A stretch of DNA of 64,000 bases from Acutalibacteraceae bacterium (GCA_045592345.1 JAZNUN010000083.1:7987-71986), one strand, 5' to 3'; counted from the first letter of the stretch, positions 36,120 through 45,187 are shown. The notes: generated from the sequence alone by a model not told the origin. Numbers and translations: made by a program.

Positions 36120-37268
36120 ATGGAAAAAATCACCAGCGCTAACGTCTTTAATCTGGAGGCCAACGTGGCTCCCCTGCGCATCATTTCGATGAACGGCGCA
36201 CAGGAATTGGGCAAGAAGATCGAGGATCATCTGCTGCGGTGGGCCCACCGTTGCGGCAAAGAGGACGAGAGCTTCTCTATCGAGGTGGATTGTCCCCGCT
36301 TCTCCTCCGGTGACGGTAAGGGTCTGATCAAGTCCTCTATCCGCGGCACCGACCTGTACATTCTGGTGGACGTAGGCAACTATAGCTGCAAGTACAATAT
36401 GTACGGCTTTGAAAATGCTATGTCCCCCGACGACCATTATCAGGACCTGCGCCGTATCATCCAGGCCACCAGCGGCAAGGCTCATCGCATCAACGTGATC
36501 ATGCCCAACCTCTACGGCGGCCGTCAGCACCGCCGCAGCTACCGCGAGAGTCTGGACTGCGCCGTGGCTCTGCAGGAGCTGCAGGCTATGGGCGTGGACA
36601 ACATCGTTACCTTTGACGCCCACGATCCCCGTGTGTGCAACGCGGTGCCCATGATGGGCTTTGATAACTTGATGCCCTCTTATCAGGTGATGAAGGCTAT
36701 GTTCCGCAGCATCCCCGACCTCTCCGTAGACCGCGACCATCTGATGGTCATCAGCCCCGATGAGGGCGCCCTCAACCGCAATATGTACTACGCGGCCAAT
36801 ATGGAGGTTGAGATGGGTATGTTCTACAAGCGCCGCGACTACTCCCGTATTGTCAATGGCCGCAACCCCATCGTGGCCCATGAGTATCTGGGCGCCTCTG
36901 TTGAGGGCAAGGACGTGTTTATCGCCGACGACATCATTGCCTCCGGCGAGTCTATGCTGGATCTGGCCTATGAGCTGAAAAAGCGTAAGGCCAACCGCAT
37001 CTTCGCTTATGCCACCTACGCCATCTTCACCGCCGGTCTGGACAAGTTTGACCAGGCCTATGCCGACGGCATCATCGACGGGGTGTTCGGCACCAATCTG
37101 ACCTACCGCACCCCCGAATTATTGCAGCGCGAGTGGTTCCACGAGGTGGATTGCTCCAAGTACGTGGCCTATTACATCGCCGCTCTGAACCACAACATTT
37201 CCATCAGCGAGCTCATCGACTCCCACGATAAGATCCAGGCCCTGTTGCAGAAACACCGCGGCAAATAA
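36120..37268 (+). CDS. Ribose-phosphate diphosphokinase family protein (long, divergent PRPP synthetase)
   Basis: PRPP-binding loop VFIADDIIASGESML. NLYGGRQHRRSYRES sits where the RQDRK flexible loop would be. TFDAHD is present. At 382 aa it is longer than classical Prs. Confidence 0.8.
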   Translation: MEKITSANVFNLEANVAPLRIISMNGAQELGKKIEDHLLRWAHRCGKEDESFSIEVDCPRFSSGDGKGLIKSSIRGTDLYILVDVGNYSCKYNMYGFENAMSPDDHYQDLRRIIQATSGKAHRINVIMPNLYGGRQHRRSYRESLDCAVALQELQAMGVDNIVTFDAHDPRVCNAVPMMGFDNLMPSYQVMKAMFRSIPDLSVDRDHLMVISPDEGALNRNMYYAANMEVEMGMFYKRRDYSRIVNGRNPIVAHEYLGASVEGKDVFIADDIIASGESMLDLAYELKKRKANRIFAYATYAIFTAGLDKFDQAYADGIIDGVFGTNLTYRTPELLQREWFHEVDCSKYVAYYIAALNHNISISELIDSHDKIQALLQKHRGK

Positions 37269-37277
37269 GATACTCCC

Positions 37278-37308
37278 AAACGACCACCCTGCGGGGTGGT
37301 CGTTTTTG
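37278..37308 (+). terminator. Rho-independent terminator
   Basis: AAACGACCACCC-TGCG-GGGTGGTCGTTTTTG. Confidence 0.9.
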
Positions 37309-37328
37309 TGTGGCGGATGCATATATAT

Positions 37329-37357
37329 TTGACAAACCTGCCGGAAGGCTGTATACT
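37329..37357 (+). promoter_or_regulatory. SigA-type promoter
   Basis: TTGACA (37329-34), a 17-nt spacer, then TATACT (37352-57). Confidence 0.65.
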
Positions 37358-37392
37358 AAAAGACGGAAAACTATTCCAAAGGAGTGAGGATA

Positions 37393-38961
37393 ATGAAACG
37401 TATTTTGGCTGTTATTCTATCCGTTGTATTGTTGCTTGCCGCCCTGCCCTTGGGGATGGTGTCGGTGTCTGCCGCTGACCAAGAGGTGGACCTAGAAGAG
37501 GTGTTTCAGAGTAATCTGAATTTCCTGGACCAGTACTATACCCTGGGGCCGGAGTTTATGGCTCAAAAGCTGTGCGGTATGTTGTATGACTGGGAGTTGG
37601 CAGAGGCTAATGACTTTGCCGACCAGCCTATGCCCGCCGCAGAGTTTGAGGAGATTCTATACCGCTATTTTGCCCCTGCTGTGGATCTGCTGGCGGATCT
37701 CCGCAGTTATCAGCTGTATGATTGGAAAACCAACAGCTATTATCCTTTCTATAATTCCGAGACGGGAATGTATAATATCTTCTTTGTCGGCGGTTTCGGT
37801 GGCGATCTGCCCCAGCGTCAGTATCAGCGGTATTTGACTACCGAGAATGGATACACCGTGTTTTATCAGCATATCACCTACGACTTTTTGCCGATGACTC
37901 CCGAGATGCAGGCAGAGCTGGAGGCACTGCATTGGCCTATGACTTACACCTATGACGGTAAAGTGTATGAAAACGGCCCCGAGGGATATTATCGCATAGC
38001 ATCCTTGGACGATTACGGAAACAAATACGAGGTGGAGTATAACGACGGCATCCTGCGTATTCTGAGCCAGACCCCTTATACTGCCGCATCGGAGAATGAT
38101 TTTAAATACACCATCACCGACGGCGAGGTAACCATCACCAAGTATGTGGGAGCCGGCGGCGATGTCATTATTCCTTCTAAATTGGGCGGCTACCCCGTCA
38201 CGGTGATAGGAAAGGATGCTTTTAAATATCGTGACTTTCTAACATCGGTGATGATTCCGGAAGGTGTCACTACTATTCAAGAGAGCAGTTTCAACATGTG
38301 TAAAGACTTAAAATATATTGGCATATCGAAAAGTGTGCTGACTATTGAAAAATTTGCATTTAAGTACTGTGGATTATTAAGGGTAGATGTGCCGACAAGT
38401 GTTATTTCTATAGGAGAAGAAGCGTTTAAAGGATGCGGAAGTTTGACTTTAGTAAATATTGAAGGCAATACAGCGATTGGAGCGTGGGCATTCTATGGTG
38501 GTAGTATGACGCAAGTTATTATTGGTGATGGTGCTGAAACTATTGGTGAAAATGCATTTGGCTCTTGCCAAAGTTTGATTTCTGTAGTTTTGCCAAAGAG
38601 TATTGTAAAGATTTATCAAGGAGCCTTTTATGATTGCCGTAGTTTGGAAGAGGTATATTATGCTGGAAGTGAAGAGGAACGAAAATTAATAGACATTGGT
38701 TATAGTAACAATAAACTGAGCAATGCTACGTGGCATTATAACTGGGATGTTTCTCCCGTAATCCCCGGTGATTCCAGCGGAGACGGCGAGGTGAGCATAC
38801 AGGATGTTGCTCTGTTTCAGCGCTATCTCAACGGCTGGGATGAGGAACTGGATGCAGTTGTCTGCGACGTAAACGCCGACGGCGCCTGTGACAACAAGGA
38901 TTTGGTTCTGCTTATCCGCTATCTCAATGGTTGGGATGTGGAATTGGTTCTGCCTAATTAA
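37393..38961 (+). CDS. Secreted protein: unknown N-domain + BspA-type leucine-rich repeats + C-terminal dockerin
   Basis: ATG 37393 follows SD AAAGGAGTGAGGA. Signal MKRILAVILSVVLLLAALPLGMVSVSA. LRR units (IPEGVTTIQESSFNMCKDLKYIGISKSVLTIEKFAFKYCGLL...). Dockerin at 38767-38946 (GDSSGDGEVSIQDVALFQRYLNGW...DVNADGACDNKDLVLLIRYLNGW). Confidence 0.9.
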   Translation: MKRILAVILSVVLLLAALPLGMVSVSAADQEVDLEEVFQSNLNFLDQYYTLGPEFMAQKLCGMLYDWELAEANDFADQPMPAAEFEEILYRYFAPAVDLLADLRSYQLYDWKTNSYYPFYNSETGMYNIFFVGGFGGDLPQRQYQRYLTTENGYTVFYQHITYDFLPMTPEMQAELEALHWPMTYTYDGKVYENGPEGYYRIASLDDYGNKYEVEYNDGILRILSQTPYTAASENDFKYTITDGEVTITKYVGAGGDVIIPSKLGGYPVTVIGKDAFKYRDFLTSVMIPEGVTTIQESSFNMCKDLKYIGISKSVLTIEKFAFKYCGLLRVDVPTSVISIGEEAFKGCGSLTLVNIEGNTAIGAWAFYGGSMTQVIIGDGAETIGENAFGSCQSLISVVLPKSIVKIYQGAFYDCRSLEEVYYAGSEEERKLIDIGYSNNKLSNATWHYNWDVSPVIPGDSSGDGEVSIQDVALFQRYLNGWDEELDAVVCDVNADGACDNKDLVLLIRYLNGWDVELVLPN

Positions 38962-38967
38962 TTTGGT

Positions 38968-38996
38968 AAAAGGCACCCCTGCAGGGGTGCCTTTTT
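38968..38996 (+). terminator. Rho-independent terminator
   Basis: AAAAGGCACCCCTGCAGGGGTGCCTTTTT. Confidence 0.9.
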
Positions 38997-39050
38997 GAAT
39001 GCAAACGGCAGGGTGTTGTTCTTACAATTCGCACCGACTCCGATAGACAC

Positions 39051-39153
39051 TGTAGGGGCGCATTACGATGCGCCCGCGGGCGATTCTTGAATCGCCCCTA
39101 CACCCGCACCAACCTCGGATAGAGCCCGTGGGGACGATGCCCACATCGTCCCA
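39051..39153. repeat. Cluster of three GC-rich palindromic (REP-like) hairpins
   Basis: GGGCGCAT-TACG-ATGCGCCC, GGGCGATTC-TT-GAATCGCCC (with outer TGTAGGGG...CCCCTACA) and GGGACGATG-CCCA-CATCGTCCC, all intergenic. Confidence 0.7.
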
Positions 39154-39256
39154 CCCGTCCTCCCACATTTTACTTTTTCGTGAACTTTTAACGGAAAATA
39201 TTGTATTTTTACCATCGCCGCGGTATACTATACTGTAATGTAAAGGAGGTGTCGCT

Positions 39257-40141
39257 ATGGAAAAACGACTGTTACTGATTCTCAACCCGATTTCCGGCAA
39301 GATGACCGGTAAGCGGCATCTGGCGGACGTGCTGGAGCGGTTCTGCCGCGGCGGATATATTCCCACCGTGTTTGTCACCACTGCCCGCGGTGACGCCTGT
39401 CGGCTGGCCGCCGCCCACGGCGGCGAGGCGGACCTGGTGGTGTGCTTGGGGGGCGACGGTACTTTTAACGAGGTGGTCACCGGTCTTCTGAACGCGGGAC
39501 ACACCACCCCGATTGGCTACATCCCCTGTGGCAGCACCAATGATTTTGCCGCCGGCATCGGTCTGCAAAAGACTATTCCGGAGGCCACCGCCGCCATTTT
39601 GGAGGGCACCCCTCACACCTACGACGTGGGCGTGTTCGAGGACCGTTATTTCTCCTATGTGGCTTCCTTCGGCATCTTCACCCGCACCTCCTACACTACA
39701 CCCCAAAACGTGAAAAACGCCTTGGGTCATCTGGCTTATCTGCTGGAGGGTATCAAAGAACTCTCCAATATCCGTCCGTGGCACCTGCGGTTCGAGGTGG
39801 ACGGTCAGACGGTGGAGGGGGATTACCTCTTCGGTGCGGTGAGCAATGCCACTTCTCTTGGCGGGGTGCTGAAGATGGACCCCGCCGCGGTGGATATGAA
39901 CGACGGGCGACTGGAATTGTTGTTGGTCAAGATGCCTCGCAACGCCACCGAACTCAGCGAGTGCGTCCGCGCCTTGGCAGAACAGCGGTATGACACCGAC
40001 GCGATCACGTTTATGAGCGGCTCGGAATTTGTCGTTACCGCCGACCCCGCTATGGATTGGACGCTGGACGGCGAGTGGGGGAGCGGCGGCGACACCCTTT
40101 GCATCCGCAATCGGCGGGATGCCATTACATTGATTCATTGA
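39257..40141 (+). CDS. Diacylglycerol kinase family lipid kinase (YegS/DagK-like)
   Basis: LLLILNPISGK, VVCLGGDGTFNEVVTGL, IGYIPCGSTNDFA. SD AAAGGAGGTG upstream. Confidence 0.9.
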   Translation: MEKRLLLILNPISGKMTGKRHLADVLERFCRGGYIPTVFVTTARGDACRLAAAHGGEADLVVCLGGDGTFNEVVTGLLNAGHTTPIGYIPCGSTNDFAAGIGLQKTIPEATAAILEGTPHTYDVGVFEDRYFSYVASFGIFTRTSYTTPQNVKNALGHLAYLLEGIKELSNIRPWHLRFEVDGQTVEGDYLFGAVSNATSLGGVLKMDPAAVDMNDGRLELLLVKMPRNATELSECVRALAEQRYDTDAITFMSGSEFVVTADPAMDWTLDGEWGSGGDTLCIRNRRDAITLIH

Positions 40142-40155
40142 AAGGTGAGTGTACG

Positions 40156-40941
40156 ATGAGAGAGAGCCATCCTAAACAGAGATGGTGGAAAAAGAGTGAG
40201 GAAGAAATGCGGGCCCATCCCGTATTAACGGCGGTGTACTTTATTTTGCGGCTGATCGTTGCGGCTATACTGGTGATCAATGTGGTTCAGGGGAGTTATG
40301 AAAGCGCTTTCATTTGTGGGTTGTCACTGGTTCTGTTCCTGTTGCCCTCCTTTTTGGAGCACAAACTGCGTGTTGACATCCCTTCTGTGACAGAGATCAT
40401 TATTCTGCTGTTTATTTTTGCAGCGGAGATACTGGGGGAGTTGTCCAATTATTACGCCCAGTACGAATATTGGGATACCATGTTGCACACGGTCAACGGC
40501 TTTTTGTGTGCCGCCTTTGGTTTTTCTATGGTGGATATTCTCACCCGCAATAAGCAGGAGAAGTTCCGCCTGTCCCCGTTGTACGTGGCTTTGGTAGCCT
40601 TCTGTTTTTCTATGACGGTGGGGGTGCTGTGGGAGTTCTTTGAGTACGGTATGGATGTGATATTCCATACCAATATGCAGAAGGATACCGTTATGCAGGT
40701 TATCCCCGTGGGCGCTCTGGGTACCCATTCCCCCGAGGAGGGGTATTTGGACATCGGTCTGCACGATACCATGGCGGATCTGTTTGTGAATTTTCTCGGC
40801 GCGGTGGTGTTCAGTATTCTCGGCTATGTTTACATCCGTCGACGGGGTGAGGGACGCAGCGGTCGTTTGCTGCGGCATTTCCTGCCGGAATTAACCGATC
40901 CCGCCCTGCCGGATTCTGAGAAAATATCCCCTGCGGAATAA
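40156..40941 (+). CDS. Polytopic membrane protein of unknown function
   Basis: ATG 40156 follows SD AAAGGTGAG; the track ORF from 40057 overlaps the lipid kinase gene. About 6 hydrophobic helices. Confidence 0.75.
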   Translation: MRESHPKQRWWKKSEEEMRAHPVLTAVYFILRLIVAAILVINVVQGSYESAFICGLSLVLFLLPSFLEHKLRVDIPSVTEIIILLFIFAAEILGELSNYYAQYEYWDTMLHTVNGFLCAAFGFSMVDILTRNKQEKFRLSPLYVALVAFCFSMTVGVLWEFFEYGMDVIFHTNMQKDTVMQVIPVGALGTHSPEEGYLDIGLHDTMADLFVNFLGAVVFSILGYVYIRRRGEGRSGRLLRHFLPELTDPALPDSEKISPAE

Positions 40942-40950
40942 GAAATAATC

Positions 40951-40990
40951 ACGCCGCATCATCCTAACGGGATGATGCGGCGTCCTTTAT
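40951..40990 (+). terminator. Hairpin terminator (weak T-tract)
   Basis: ACGCCGCATCATCC-TAAC-GGGATGATGCGGCGT followed by CCTTTAT. Confidence 0.6.
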
Positions 40991-41166
40991 GCTTTAAAAA
41001 CCGCCTTTTCTTGTGCAATACGCACAAAAAGAAACGAGATTTTAGCCATTTTTAGAAAAAGATTTAGTCATTTTTAATTAACTATTGCAATATTTTGCGT
41101 TGCGGTATATACTATGTATTGTAGGAGTAGCGTATACTCCATTTATCAACAGGAGGGGATCTCCCT

Positions 41167-43677
41167 ATGAGTCAAGAAAAAACTACCGCGGCAAAGAAGC
41201 CTGCCGCCAAAACCACCACTAAGTCCACCGCTAAAAAGACTGCGGCGAAGAAGCCTGCCGCACCCAAGTTGGACGTCCGTGGTCAGCTGAAGAAGGACCT
41301 GGAGGAAAAGCTGCAGCAGCAGTTCTCCGTGGGCGGTAAGGACGCCACCGACGCCAACCTGTACAACGCACTGGTGCTGGTGCTCCGCGACCGTATGCGC
41401 CGCGAGCGTGTGAAATATATCCATAACGCTCATAAGCAGGATGCCAAGCAGGTCTACTATATGAGTATGGAGTTCCTGATGGGTCGCTCCCTGAAGAATA
41501 CCCTGTATAACTTGAATTTGACCGAGGATGCCGCCGCCGTGCTGAAGGGCTACGGTGCTAAGCTGGACAACCTCTTCGAGCTGGAGCCGGATGCAGGTCT
41601 GGGCAACGGCGGCTTGGGTCGTCTGGCCGCCTGCTTCCTGGACGGTCTGGCCGCCAATGGCATCCCCGCCATCGGCTATTCTCTGCTGTACGAGCTGGGC
41701 ATTTTCCGCCAGAAGCTGGACAATGGCTGGCAAACCGAGATGCCCGATTTCTGGCTGCCCGGCGGCGAGTGCTGGTTGCTGCCCCGCCCCGAGTTGGCTA
41801 AGGAAGTATATTTCGACGGCCATATTGACGAGTGGTGGGACAACAACGGCTTCCATCACGTAGAGCACAACGGCGCTACCAAGGTGATTGCCCAGCCCTA
41901 CGACCTGATGGTGGCGGGTAAAAACGGCAACGGCGTGTCCACCCTGCGTCTGTGGAAATCCACCGCCCCCGGTATGGATATGACCCTGTTCAATCAGGGC
42001 GAGTATATGCGGGCTATGGAGCAGAAGGCTATGGCCGAGGTCATCACCCAGGTGTTGTACCCCGCCGATAACCACCGCGAGGGTAAGAGCCTACGTCTGA
42101 GCCAGCAGTATTTCCTGGTATCCGCCTCGGTGCAGGATATCGTTCAGCGCCATTTGGAGAAATACGGCACTATGGATAACCTGCCTGAAATGGCCGCCGT
42201 GCATATCAACGATACCCATCCCACCCTGGCGATCCCCGAGCTGATGCGTATTCTGTTAGACGAGTGCGGCTACGGCTGGGAGGCGGCTTGGGATATCGTC
42301 CACCGCACCTTTGCCTACACAAACCACACGGTGATGGCGGAGGCTCTGGAGTGCTGGCCCGAGGACCTGTTCGCCCAGCGCCTGCCCCGTATCTACCAGA
42401 TCGTGCAGGAGACCAACAGACGTTACAGCGACGAGATGATGGCCGCCACTATGGGCAACCGCGATATGGTCAGCCGTATGGCGATCATCAGCTACGGCGT
42501 TATTAAGATGGCCAATCTGTGCGTGGCCGCCTGCCACTCCATCAACGGTGTGTCCCAGCTGCACAGCGAGATCGTTAAGGAGACGGTGTTCCCCGAGGCC
42601 TACAGTGTTTTCCCCGAGAAGTTCACGAACGTCACCAACGGTATCGCCCACCGCCGCTGGCTGTGCCAGGCCAACCCCGACCTGACCAAGTTTATCTCCG
42701 ACCGTATCGGCGACGGTTTCGTGCTGGATGCCGCCGAGCTGTCCAAGCTGGAGGCCTACGTGGACGATAAAGAGGCGTTGGCCGAGTTTATGGCTATCAA
42801 GCGTAAGAACAAGGAGCGTCTGGCCGCCTATGTGAAGAAGCAGACCGGCGTGGAGCTGAACGTGGATTCTCTGTTCGACGTACAGGTGAAGCGTCTGCAC
42901 GAGTATAAGCGTCAGCACCTGAACGCTCTGCACATCCTCATCACTTATCTCAAGCTGAAAGAGAACCCCCATATGGAGTTCACCCCCCGCACCTACATCT
43001 TCGGTGCCAAGGCGGCCCCCGGCTATCGTTTGGCTAAGGAGATCATCCAGTTTATCTGCAACCTATCCAAGCTCATTGACAGCGACCCCGCCGTCCGTGA
43101 CAAGCTGAAGGTAGTCTACATCGAGGATTACCGCGTCACTCTGGCTGAATTGCTGATGCCCGCCGCCGACATCTCCGAGCAGATCTCGCTGGCCGGCACC
43201 GAGGCCTCCGGCACCGGTAATATGAAGCTGATGATGAACGGCGCCCTGACTTTGGGCACTCTGGACGGCGCTAACGTGGAGATCTGCCAGTCTGTGGGCG
43301 AGGAGAATATGTTCCTGTTCGGTATGCGTACCCCCGAGGTGGAGCAGCGCAAGCCCCACTACAACCCCCGTTGGCACTATGAGAACAATGGGGACATCCG
43401 CCGCGCCATCGACTTTATGTATCAGGGCTTCGAGGGCCGCAACTACAGCGAGATTGCCAACTCTCTGCTGAATAAGGATCCCTATATGGTGCTGGCCGAT
43501 TACGAGGATTATGCCCGCGCTCAGGAGGAGTCCGGCCGTCTGTATCTGGATACCGAGGCTTGGGCCCGCAAGGCGTTGCTCAACACCGCCGGCAGCGGCA
43601 TTTTTGCCTCCGACCGCTCCATCCGCGATTATAACGACCGTATTTGGCACGCCAAGTGCGTCAAGAACGGCAAATAA
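41167..43677 (+). CDS. glgP: Glycogen/starch/alpha-glucan phosphorylase (GT35) with a Lys/Ala/Thr-rich N-terminal tail
   Basis: PLP-site region EASGTGNMKLMMNGALTLGTLDGANVE. YYMSMEFLMGRSL and GLGNGGLGRLAACFLD are also present. N-terminal residues 2-35 read SQEKTTAAKKPAAKTTTKSTAKKTAAKKPAAPKL. Confidence 0.95.
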   Translation: MSQEKTTAAKKPAAKTTTKSTAKKTAAKKPAAPKLDVRGQLKKDLEEKLQQQFSVGGKDATDANLYNALVLVLRDRMRRERVKYIHNAHKQDAKQVYYMSMEFLMGRSLKNTLYNLNLTEDAAAVLKGYGAKLDNLFELEPDAGLGNGGLGRLAACFLDGLAANGIPAIGYSLLYELGIFRQKLDNGWQTEMPDFWLPGGECWLLPRPELAKEVYFDGHIDEWWDNNGFHHVEHNGATKVIAQPYDLMVAGKNGNGVSTLRLWKSTAPGMDMTLFNQGEYMRAMEQKAMAEVITQVLYPADNHREGKSLRLSQQYFLVSASVQDIVQRHLEKYGTMDNLPEMAAVHINDTHPTLAIPELMRILLDECGYGWEAAWDIVHRTFAYTNHTVMAEALECWPEDLFAQRLPRIYQIVQETNRRYSDEMMAATMGNRDMVSRMAIISYGVIKMANLCVAACHSINGVSQLHSEIVKETVFPEAYSVFPEKFTNVTNGIAHRRWLCQANPDLTKFISDRIGDGFVLDAAELSKLEAYVDDKEALAEFMAIKRKNKERLAAYVKKQTGVELNVDSLFDVQVKRLHEYKRQHLNALHILITYLKLKENPHMEFTPRTYIFGAKAAPGYRLAKEIIQFICNLSKLIDSDPAVRDKLKVVYIEDYRVTLAELLMPAADISEQISLAGTEASGTGNMKLMMNGALTLGTLDGANVEICQSVGEENMFLFGMRTPEVEQRKPHYNPRWHYENNGDIRRAIDFMYQGFEGRNYSEIANSLLNKDPYMVLADYEDYARAQEESGRLYLDTEAWARKALLNTAGSGIFASDRSIRDYNDRIWHAKCVKNGK

Positions 43678-43684
43678 GACATTC

Positions 43685-43718
43685 AAAAGAGCCGATGTGT
43701 GAACATCGGCTCTTTTCA
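43685..43718 (+). terminator. Rho-independent terminator of glgP
   Basis: AAAGAGCCGATGT-GTGA-ACATCGGCTCTTTT. Confidence 0.9.
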
Positions 43719-43787
43719 CTTGCACCGCGGTAATAATTGTGATATAATACCTGTGTTAGAGTGTTGCGGAAGAAAGGACGTTTCTTT

Positions 43788-44486
43788 ATGGCACGAGAAT
43801 GGTTGCTGCGGGGCGTGGACCCCGAGGAGCTGAAACCCGATGAAAAGATTGCCGCCCCCGTTACCCCTAAGGGCTGGCTGGAGAACTTTTGGTATCACCA
43901 CAAATGGGCCTTTTTGGGTGGCTTGTTTGCGGTGGTGGTGGCCACCGTTCTGGTGGTCCAGCTGGTCACCCGTGACCTGCCGGATTATCACGTCCTGCTG
44001 ATGACCAAGCAGGCCTATCTGGACCCGGACATCGAGGCGATGGAAAATCTTTTGGCCCAATACGGACAGGATCTGGACGAGGATGGCAAGGTGGAGGTAG
44101 CCATCCAGAATTGCCGCATTGATAAGGACACCGGCCTACAGCAAAACAGCGGCTTCCAGATCGTACAGGCCCACCTAATGGCGGGGGACGTGCTGTTCTT
44201 CGTGTGGGATGAGGGCGCCTACGAGCTGGTTATGGACGGCATTGATAACGCGATGGAGGAGGGGGATACCTTCCTGACTCCGCTGCCCGCCGTAGCCGGC
44301 GTAGAGGGAGAGGGACTGCTGTATAACTGGTCCGGTGATCCCCGTGCCGAGGCGCTGAAGGCCTTCCCTGACACCCTGCTGTTCGGCGTGCGTGACACCC
44401 ACGGCACCGCCGGCGAAGCACAGCAACTCCACAAGGACTGTATGGCACTGCTGGAGGCCTTTATACAGGGCCGTCATGCTGAATAA
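43788..44486 (+). CDS. Single-pass membrane protein of unknown function
   Basis: ATG 43788 follows AAAGGA. A promoter lies upstream (TTGCAC-17-TGaTATAAT, 43720-48). TM helix WAFLGGLFAVVVATVLVVQLV. Confidence 0.7.
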   Translation: MAREWLLRGVDPEELKPDEKIAAPVTPKGWLENFWYHHKWAFLGGLFAVVVATVLVVQLVTRDLPDYHVLLMTKQAYLDPDIEAMENLLAQYGQDLDEDGKVEVAIQNCRIDKDTGLQQNSGFQIVQAHLMAGDVLFFVWDEGAYELVMDGIDNAMEEGDTFLTPLPAVAGVEGEGLLYNWSGDPRAEALKAFPDTLLFGVRDTHGTAGEAQQLHKDCMALLEAFIQGRHAE

Positions 44487-44494
44487 CAATGTTA

Positions 44495-44524
44495 AAAAAG
44501 GACTGCCTACGGGCAGTCCTTTTC
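44495..44524. terminator. Bidirectional terminator between convergent genes
   Basis: AAAAAAGGACTGCC-TAC-GGGCAGTCCTTTTC. Confidence 0.85.
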
Positions 44525-44533
44525 GCATGTTCA

Positions 44534-44803
44534 TCAGCCTATGATCTGTTGTATTACCCACATCACCGCGGCGCCTCCGGCGGCACAGGCGGCGGCACCT
44601 CCCCACAGTCGCAGGCGGCACAGCCATCGTTGCCGCCGCAGTCCCGCATAGGTTCCGGCCTGCTCCACCACCTTTTGCGCCAGCGTATGCAGTTTGCCCT
44701 CCTCCGGCATTTCACCGCCCCGCACCACCAAAAAAGCCCTCTCAAAATAGGGGCTGCCGGTGTGGGTCACCTCGATCATCTGCCGATGTACGCCCTTGAT
44801 CAT
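44534..44803 (-). CDS. Small protein of unknown function with a C-terminal hydrophobic segment
   Basis: 89 aa. SD GGAAAGGAAG lies upstream of ATG 44803. It has its own terminator downstream. The N-terminal MIKGVHRQMIEVTHTGSPYFERAFLVVR resembles small conserved clostridial proteins (from memory, unverified). Confidence 0.5.
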   Translation of the reverse strand: MIKGVHRQMIEVTHTGSPYFERAFLVVRGGEMPEEGKLHTLAQKVVEQAGTYAGLRRQRWLCRLRLWGGAAACAAGGAAVMWVIQQIIG

Positions 44804-45104
44804 CCATCATCTTCCTTTCCCGTTTCATCACCGGATAGTATCTCCGTCCCCACCCCCGCTATGCAAATATTACAATTTGTAAATGTTGGACTTGTGGAAA
44901 TCTCACACGAACTTCCCCAAAAATGGGGGAAAACTCGGTGGAAAATGTGAAAAACCATTGATTTATACGGAGATTTCCAAAATTTGGACTGTGAAAGTTA
45001 TCGGTTTCGGTCGGTAAATGTCGCAAAAAAAGAATACAAAAAGTTATACCCCCCTTACGACTTTTGCGGGCGGAAAAAATATATGGGCAAGTTGGTAATA
45101 AAGG

Positions 45105-45133
45105 TTGAAAAATCCGTAATAGTAATGTATAAT
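45105..45133 (+). promoter_or_regulatory. SigA-type promoter for proS
   Basis: TTGAAA (45105-10), a 17-nt spacer, then TATAAT (45128-33). Confidence 0.7.
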
Positions 45134-45187
45134 ATATTCTGTATTTTTGTGTGGTTTTCTAAACCGCGGAAAGTGAGGTCTTTTAAT

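Noticed and set aside
39022-39507. 161-aa minus-strand ORF
   Set aside because: It is made from the REP-like hairpin cluster plus the antisense of the lipid-kinase 5' end, with Arg/Pro/Ser-rich junk composition.
41011-41027. 17-bp palindrome TTGTGCAATACGCACAA upstream of glgP
   Set aside because: It is a perfect 6-bp inverted repeat, but it lies about 60 nt upstream of the -35 box and matches neither the cre nor the LacI-family pattern. The evidence for an operator is insufficient.
41146-43725. Minus-strand ORFs 41146-42075, 42256-42972 and 43063-43725 opposite glgP
   Set aside because: They are antisense to a phosphorylase with an intact PLP-site motif.
44804-45187. T-box leader expected upstream of proS (and checked upstream of lysS)
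   Set aside because: I found no T-box consensus (…GGUGGUACCGCG…), specifier hairpin or terminator/antiterminator pair. The promoter at 45105-33 leaves only about 50 nt of leader, and lysS starts 27 nt after greA.
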